Below are positions 58,350 through 64,000 of a stretch of 64,000 nt of DNA, one piece after another. Source of the DNA: Alphaproteobacteria bacterium. Lineage in GTDB: Bacteria > Pseudomonadota > Alphaproteobacteria > GCA-2731375. Within the stretch, counting starts at the first letter, position 1; every line of letters starts with the position of its first letter. Both the position numbers and the translations under genes were made by a program. The stretch covers positions 3,680,001 to 3,744,000 of the forward strand of contig CBDDPY010000002.1 in the NCBI GenBank assembly GCA_965232515.1, written 5' to 3'. The notes beneath the pieces are model-generated. The model did no database searches and was not told the origin of the DNA. It saw nothing but the letters and a program-made list of their open reading frames with translations.

Positions 58350-60638
58350 TCACCTGAAAACGAAGATTGGGCTGCTCCAGGCCTGGAAGCCGTCCTCAGT
58401 GGTCACGCAGACCCAGAGCGGATTATCGCCGGTCTCGTGCAGATCGACCGTCACGCGTTCGGTCAGCTCACGAACCGGGTTGACCTCCGGCAAGCGGAAC
58501 ACGCGCAGCCGGCGCGCCAGCCCGCCGGCTTCCAGCACAGTGTCCTCGAGGCCGATCTCGGCCAGCGGCTTTTTCAGGTGGCCGTGATTGCAGGAGAGGT
58601 CCAGGTCGCCGTCCGCCGGCCCGTCGAGCCAGACGTCGAAGCCGCCAAAATTGCCGGTCGTCATGGCGTTCCATTCGACCGTGTCGCTGGCCGCCTGCCG
58701 CAACAGGCGCTCGTGGTTCCAGGCGTTGATCTTGGCGAAGCGCGCGATCTCGGCGCCGCCGAAGGTGGCGCGGCCGGTCCAGGTCGACTGCCGGCCGCGG
58801 CCGCGATACTCGGCGCCGCTCCAGATCACCCGGACGCGGTTGCCCAGATCCTCGGCGCCATAGGGACGGAGCGTGGCGATTGTCTCGGTGCCGTTGCGCA
58901 CCTCGATGCGCTCCACCGGCGCGGCGGCCGCGACCTCGATGCCGAGTTCGACTTGCCCGTCCGACGTCTGGACGATGTCACCCATCATCACTTCCGACAC
59001 GTCGTGCGAATTTGTCTCGGGATAGGCGTTCGGGTCCTGATCGAACAGACGCGCGCCGCCGGCGAAGCTGGCGCGCACGTCGAGATGCATGCGGCAGCCT
59101 GTGGTGCCGTAGTGATGCCGCCGCCGCAGGCAATCGAAGATGCCGTCGCGGGTCAGGTCGTCGGTCAGAAAACAGGTCAGGCCGCCGTAGCTGCCGAAGG
59201 TGGCGGCGCCGGGATAGCTGGCGCCCGGCCGGCCCTTGTGGCCGTCGCTGTTGCAGACGACGCCCGAGCGGTGGCCCAGCGGGAAGCCGTCGGTCAGCAG
59301 CCATTCGAAGGTACCCCAGGCGGAATGAATCTCCATCGCCGTCTCGATCTTCGGATCGTGCGCAAAAGCGATGTCGGCATAGCGGCCGCCGACATGGGCG
59401 TAGGCGAGACAGTCCTCGTCGGCGAGCGCCTCGAACAGCACGGCCGCGTTGGGCGCGTCGGTGTCGATGTCGGAGCGGTCCGGCAACAGCGCGTGCGACG
59501 AACGCCGGATCTGCCGGCCCTCGGTACGGAAATAAATGTTGCGGTCGCCGCCGACCGCCGTGTTGCCCGACCATTCGTAACCCGGGAAAGTCACGAAGCG
59601 ACGGTCCTGGTGATACTCGGCCGTCAGCTCGTTCAGAAACGCCCAGAAGGCGTTGTTGACCTGGAAGTCGTTGGCCTGGTGGCTAGTGACGTCGAGGAAG
59701 GACTTGTTGCGGGCGAAATCGAAATATTCGCGCGCCGTGTTGATGCCGATGGACTCGCCGCTCTGGCCGTGCAGGTCGCCCCAGTAGCCGGAGACCGCGC
59801 CATCGCGGATGACGAGCGGTCCGGCCTCGGCAACCTCTGTGTTGCCGTCGAGCACGCGCACACGCAAGACGCCCGGATCATCGCATCGCAGGTCCTCGAA
59901 GGTCATGGCCTTGGTGCCGAGCGGATAGTCGACGCGCTCGGGCAGGCCCGCCACCAGCATCGACGGCTCGAGCCGGAAGCTGCCTTCGGCCCTGTCGCTG
60001 GGATTGCCCCAGATATCTTCCGCCTTGAGGCCGAGCTGGAAGCGCTCGCCGGGCCGGCGCAGCGACGGCAGCACCGCGCGCCAGACCGCGGGCTTGCCCG
60101 GCACGATCTCGATCGCCGGTGTCTCCGGCAGCGGTACGTAGTGGCCGACGGCGCAGACATCAGCCAGCACCTTGAACTCGAAGGCCGACTCGCAGAACGT
60201 CTGCAGCTTCATGCCGGGCGAGCCCTGCGAGGTATCGCCGAAGACGATGGTGACGGTATCGCCCTCACGCAGGTAGCCGCCGTGCAGCCGCGCCGTGAGC
60301 GAGCGAAAGTAAGGCCGCTGGTGGCCTGTGCTGCCGTAATCGAGGGCGATGCGTCCCGTCGTGCTGGTATGCGCCGTGACATAACCCGGCGCCTGCGGGT
60401 CCGTGGTCTGCAGGGCGCCCCAGTCGCCGACAAAGCGGAACACCACCCGGATGCTGCCGGTATCGTCCAGGCCGTAACGGCCGACCGTGTAGACCAGCCG
60501 GAAGGTCTGCGGGCTGCGCACCTCGAAGGCGCCCTTCGGCTGCAGATCGACATGGCCGTAGAGCACGGGGTCGGCGCCGGGCTGGGTCTCGGGCCAGACG
60601 GCGGCGACCTGTTGCGGATTGACGATCTCTGGGCACAT
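58350..60638 (-). CDS. DUF3604 / PHP-like metallohydrolase
   Basis: YWGDLHGQ, GYEWS, EIHSAWG, NSDGHKGRPG, YGTTG, AWSSPI motifs. Confidence 0.75.
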   Translation of the reverse strand: MCPEIVNPQQVAAVWPETQPGADPVLYGHVDLQPKGAFEVRSPQTFRLVYTVGRYGLDDTGSIRVVFRFVGDWGALQTTDPQAPGYVTAHTSTTGRIALDYGSTGHQRPYFRSLTARLHGGYLREGDTVTIVFGDTSQGSPGMKLQTFCESAFEFKVLADVCAVGHYVPLPETPAIEIVPGKPAVWRAVLPSLRRPGERFQLGLKAEDIWGNPSDRAEGSFRLEPSMLVAGLPERVDYPLGTKAMTFEDLRCDDPGVLRVRVLDGNTEVAEAGPLVIRDGAVSGYWGDLHGQSGESIGINTAREYFDFARNKSFLDVTSHQANDFQVNNAFWAFLNELTAEYHQDRRFVTFPGYEWSGNTAVGGDRNIYFRTEGRQIRRSSHALLPDRSDIDTDAPNAAVLFEALADEDCLAYAHVGGRYADIAFAHDPKIETAMEIHSAWGTFEWLLTDGFPLGHRSGVVCNSDGHKGRPGASYPGAATFGSYGGLTCFLTDDLTRDGIFDCLRRRHHYGTTGCRMHLDVRASFAGGARLFDQDPNAYPETNSHDVSEVMMGDIVQTSDGQVELGIEVAAAAPVERIEVRNGTETIATLRPYGAEDLGNRVRVIWSGAEYRGRGRQSTWTGRATFGGAEIARFAKINAWNHERLLRQAASDTVEWNAMTTGNFGGFDVWLDGPADGDLDLSCNHGHLKKPLAEIGLEDTVLEAGGLARRLRVFRLPEVNPVRELTERVTVDLHETGDNPLWVCVTTEDGFQAWSSPIFVFR

Positions 60639-60710
60639 CGGGCAGCGCTCCCTGGTTCCGCCGGGCCGGTCGACGATGGTCGCCGAGGCCGGGCCTATCG
60701 ACAATGATCT

Positions 60711-60728
60711 TAAAACTATGTAGTTTTA
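60711..60728. promoter_or_regulatory. Candidate operator TAAAACTA-TG-TAGTTTTA
   Basis: AT-rich 8-bp dyad between divergent DUF3604 and tctC; GntR gene at end of operon. Confidence 0.6.
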
Positions 60729-60786
60729 GATATCGGGTCAACAATCGCGCGGCCGACCATGGCAATGGCCGCCAAGCAGGGAGATC

Positions 60787-61749
60787 ATGATGTTTCAATC
60801 AATCACGCGCCGTGGCCTGCTGGCCGGCCTTGCCCTGACCGTCGCCGCCGCCGGCGGCCTGACCGTTTCCACCGCCACATCAGCGGGAGCCTATCCCGAG
60901 AAACCGGTAACGCTGGTCGTGCCCTACCGGGCCGGCGGCAGCACCGAGACCATGGCCCGCGTCTTCGCCAAGGCGCTCGGCGCCGAGCTCGGCCAGCCGA
61001 TCGTCGTCAAGACCCGGCCCGGCGCCGGCGGCGCGGTCGGCGCCACGGAAGTCGCGGCCGCGGCGCCCGACGGACACACGATCCTTTTCGCCGCCACCGC
61101 GTCGCTGCTCTGGCCGCCGCTGACGCAGAAGGTCGAATACGACCTGACGAGCTTCAAATACGTGGCTCAGATCACCGAGTATCAGCAGGCCATCGTCGCC
61201 AAGGCCGACGCGCCCTACAACACGCTGGCCGAGCTGATCGCGCACTCGAAGCAGGGCGGCGGCCTGAACTACGCCGATCAGAGCGCCATGTCGCGCGCCT
61301 ATATCGACTTCATCGCGGCGCAGGAAGGCGTCGAATGGACCGGCATCCCGACCAAGGGCGGCGGCGAGATGGTGCCGTTCCTGCTGGGCGGCAAGGTCGA
61401 CTTCGCCTGGAGCGGCGGCATCCACAACCGCTATGCCGAGAAGATGAAGGTGTTGGCCTCGATGAACAGCGGCCGGCTGATCGCCTCGCCCGACACACCG
61501 TCGATCGGCGAGACCTACGGCATCGCCATGCCCAGCCAGGCCGTCATCGTCGCGCCCAAAGACACGCCACAGGACGTGGTCGACACGCTGCAGGCCGCCA
61601 TCGAGACGGCGACCAAGGACGCCGACTTCGCCGATCTGGTCGAGAACAAACTGAAGTTCCCGGTGAAGTTCGTCGGCGCATCGGCGTTGCAGACCGATAT
61701 CGACCAGACCGTCACGGGCCTGAAGAAGGTAGTCGAGCAGACCCAATGA
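60787..61749 (+). CDS. tctC: Tripartite tricarboxylate transporter substrate-binding protein with Tat-like signal
   Basis: ITRRGLL, YPEKPVTLVVPYRAGGSTE, PGAGG, PDGHT. Confidence 0.85.
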   Translation: MMFQSITRRGLLAGLALTVAAAGGLTVSTATSAGAYPEKPVTLVVPYRAGGSTETMARVFAKALGAELGQPIVVKTRPGAGGAVGATEVAAAAPDGHTILFAATASLLWPPLTQKVEYDLTSFKYVAQITEYQQAIVAKADAPYNTLAELIAHSKQGGGLNYADQSAMSRAYIDFIAAQEGVEWTGIPTKGGGEMVPFLLGGKVDFAWSGGIHNRYAEKMKVLASMNSGRLIASPDTPSIGETYGIAMPSQAVIVAPKDTPQDVVDTLQAAIETATKDADFADLVENKLKFPVKFVGASALQTDIDQTVTGLKKVVEQTQ

Positions 61750-62237
61750 CCTCCGCCGAGGCGGGCGAGGACACCGCCGCGGACGGCACGAGACCGGCGA
61801 CCGACATCATCGCCGGCGCCGTCCTGGTGGTTCTCGCGCTCGCTGCGCTGTTCTGGATCGTACCCGCCTATACCGAGACCGATGTCGGCGACTACGACGT
61901 GTCGCCCGCCTTCTTTCCGCGGCTCGGCGCCGGCGTGGTCCTGGTCCTGGCTCTGGCCCTGATCGCCGTCGGCGCACGGCGCCATATGGCTGGCGGCAAA
62001 GACGGCAGACCCGGCCGCCGCGTGCTGCTGGAAATGCTGATCTGGGCCGCCGCCGCCACGGCCACGGTCGTCGGTCTGCAGACCATCGGTTTCATTGCCA
62101 CGTCGGCGATCGTCGTCGTTGGGTGGATGTTGCTGGCCGGCCAGCGCCAGTGGCTGCTTGTCGGCGCGGCGGCGGTGCTGTTTCCGCTCGCCGTCGATAC
62201 GGCGGCCTGGGTCTTTTTCACCGTCGATCTGCCGTAG
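61746..62237 (+). CDS. tctB: Tripartite tricarboxylate transporter small permease
   Basis: Four to five hydrophobic helices, PAFFP motif, ends VDLP; between tctC and tctA. Confidence 0.75.
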   Translation: MTSAEAGEDTAADGTRPATDIIAGAVLVVLALAALFWIVPAYTETDVGDYDVSPAFFPRLGAGVVLVLALALIAVGARRHMAGGKDGRPGRRVLLEMLIWAAAATATVVGLQTIGFIATSAIVVVGWMLLAGQRQWLLVGAAAVLFPLAVDTAAWVFFTVDLP

Positions 62238-62256
62238 CCGCCGGGCGAGGCGCGAC

Positions 62257-63738
62257 ATGCTGGAACAGCTGCTTACCGGTTTCGACGCGGCGCTCACCCT
62301 CGGCAATCTCGCCTTCATTGCCGCGGGCGTCGCGCTTGGTATCGTCATCGGCGTGATCCCCGGGCTCGGCAGCGTCACCGCGCTGGCGGTGCTGATCCCC
62401 ATCACCTTCTACATGCAGCCGCTGGCGGCCATCGCCTTCCTGGTCGGTGTCAACAAGGGGGGCACGTCGGGCGGCGCCGTGCCGGCGATCCTGCTGAACG
62501 CGCCCGGCACGCCGGAGGCGGCGGCGACCGCGCTCGACGGCCATCCGCTCGCCCGCAAGGGCCAGGCCGAAAAGGCCATGAAGTTCGCGCTGTTTTCGTC
62601 GGTCACCGGCGACACGTTTTCGGACATCGTACTGATCCTGGTCGCCGCGCCCTTCGCGGTCATTGCGCTCCAGTTCGGTCCGCTGGAATTCACCGCCGTC
62701 CTGCTGTTCGCGTTCGCCCTGCTGTCGGGCCTCGCCGGCTCGTCGCCGCTCAAGGGCCTGACGGCGATCTTCCTCGGCGTGTTCCTCAGCACCATCGGCC
62801 TCGATCCCATCGACAGCACGGCGCGCATGACCTTCGGTCAGGTCCAGCTGTTCGACGGCCTGCCGCTCGCCGCGATCGCCATCGGCGCGCTGGCGCTGGC
62901 GTCGGTGATCGAACAGCTCTTCGGGCTCTGGCGCGAGGGCGAGACATCAACGGATCGGGCCGCCGCACGGGGCGACAGGGCCGCGAACCGGCTGCCGTTC
63001 CGCACCTTCTTCGGCTACCGCAAGACGCTGCTGCGGTCGGCCTTCATCGGCTCTGTCGTCGGCATGCTGCCCGGCCTCGGCGTCTCGCTGGCCGCCTTCC
63101 TGAGCTATGGCGCGGCGCGGCGTGCGTCGGCCGACGCCGACAGCTTCGGCCGCGGCAATCCGGAAGGCATCGTCGCCACCGAGGCCGCTAACAGCGCCGT
63201 CGTCGGCGCCAACCTGGTGCCGACCATCGCGCTCGGCATTCCGGGCAACATCGCCGCGGCGCTGCTGATCGGCGCCTTTATGATCCACGGCGTGGTGCCG
63301 GGACCGTTCATGATGACCATGCACGGCGAGCTGATCTATGCGCTGTTCGCGTCAATGCTGATCGCCAATGTCGTGCATCTCGCGATCGGCACGGTCGGCA
63401 TCCGGCTTTGGGCGCATGTCGCCCGCGTGCCGCGCGGCGTGATCCTGCCGATGGTCATCGTGCTCTGCATCGCCGGGGTCTACCTGCCGACTCAGTCCAT
63501 GTTCGATATCGGCGTCATGCTGGCCTTCGCCGGCGTCGGCCTGGTCATGCGCCGCACGGGATTCTCCGTCGTCTGTCTGGTGATTGGCTTCCTGCTGGGC
63601 GGCATGTTCGAAACCTCCCTGCGGCAGGCACTTCTGTTGTACAAGTCCGACATGACCGCCGTTCTGCAAAGCCCGATCGCGCTGATCTTCCTGGCGCTGA
63701 CGGTCTTCATCCTCGTGCGTGCATTTCGCCGCGGCTGA
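62257..63738 (+). CDS. tctA: Tripartite tricarboxylate transporter large permease
   Basis: GVIPGL, NAPGTP, EAANSA, ALGIPG. Confidence 0.88.
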   Translation: MLEQLLTGFDAALTLGNLAFIAAGVALGIVIGVIPGLGSVTALAVLIPITFYMQPLAAIAFLVGVNKGGTSGGAVPAILLNAPGTPEAAATALDGHPLARKGQAEKAMKFALFSSVTGDTFSDIVLILVAAPFAVIALQFGPLEFTAVLLFAFALLSGLAGSSPLKGLTAIFLGVFLSTIGLDPIDSTARMTFGQVQLFDGLPLAAIAIGALALASVIEQLFGLWREGETSTDRAAARGDRAANRLPFRTFFGYRKTLLRSAFIGSVVGMLPGLGVSLAAFLSYGAARRASADADSFGRGNPEGIVATEAANSAVVGANLVPTIALGIPGNIAAALLIGAFMIHGVVPGPFMMTMHGELIYALFASMLIANVVHLAIGTVGIRLWAHVARVPRGVILPMVIVLCIAGVYLPTQSMFDIGVMLAFAGVGLVMRRTGFSVVCLVIGFLLGGMFETSLRQALLLYKSDMTAVLQSPIALIFLALTVFILVRAFRRG

Positions 63739-63743
63739 CCGCG

Positions 63744-64000
63744 ATGGGACGCAGCGCCAGCAGCCGCAAGGCCATCGCCCCCGACGATCTGGAGACCTTT
63801 CTGCATGGCCAGATGCGGGACGCCATGGCGCAGCCGAAGCGCACCAAGCGCACGGCCGTACGGCTGGCGCTGACCGCGGCGATCCGCGAGGCCGTGCTGG
63901 GGCCGGGTGATCGGCTGCCGCCGGAAACCGAGCTCGCCGACATGCTCGGCGTCAGCCTGGGCACGGTGCAGGCTGCCTTGCGCCAGCTGCAGCAGGTCGG
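63744..64000 (+). CDS. GntR family regulator, 5' part (truncated by window end)
   Basis: Manual translation ..LGPGDRLPPETELADMLGVSLGTVQAALRQL = GntR winged HTH. Confidence 0.85.
   Translation, partial: MGRSASSRKAIAPDDLETFLHGQMRDAMAQPKRTKRTAVRLALTAAIREAVLGPGDRLPPETELADMLGVSLGTVQAALRQLQQV

Noticed and set aside
1-64000. tRNA, rRNA, prophage or integrase
   Set aside because: None recognised by eye; a tRNAscan/Infernal run would be needed to exclude small RNAs

Overview
High-GC window that looks alphaproteobacterial (Rhodospirillales-like by gene order pheA-kdsB / cycM-yejABEF; taxonomy is inference). It holds about 60 CDS and no recognisable rRNA, tRNA or CRISPR array. The left part is mostly housekeeping: nudC, pheA, kdsB, a cytochrome c, hisN, and a yej peptide ABC operon with three tandem yejA paralogues. 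The rest is a series of uptake and catabolic modules: (1) LysR / alpha-hydroxy acid oxidase / ThDP enzyme / non-canonical transthyretin-like protein / TctC / fused TctA-TctB; (2) TetR with an iorAB-like molybdoenzyme; (3) a haem-uptake locus, hemP-hmuRTUV plus an IsdG/HmuQ-type monooxygenase; (4) MarR with a Dpp-type ABC transporter, creatininase-like, PanE-like, SDR, M20 and deacetylase genes; (5) DUF3604 with tctCBA and GntR. The most striking non-coding structure is an HUH Y1 (RAYT/TIRYT-type) nuclease gene bracketed by 25-bp inverted repeats, with a gene-less 57-bp doublet of the same repeat 11.5 kb away. Two other intergenic repeat families, several candidate operators and a 52-aa small protein missing from the ORF track are also visible. 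Product calls come from motif recognition by eye; no searches were run. Start codons were adjusted by hand where the ORF track over-extends.
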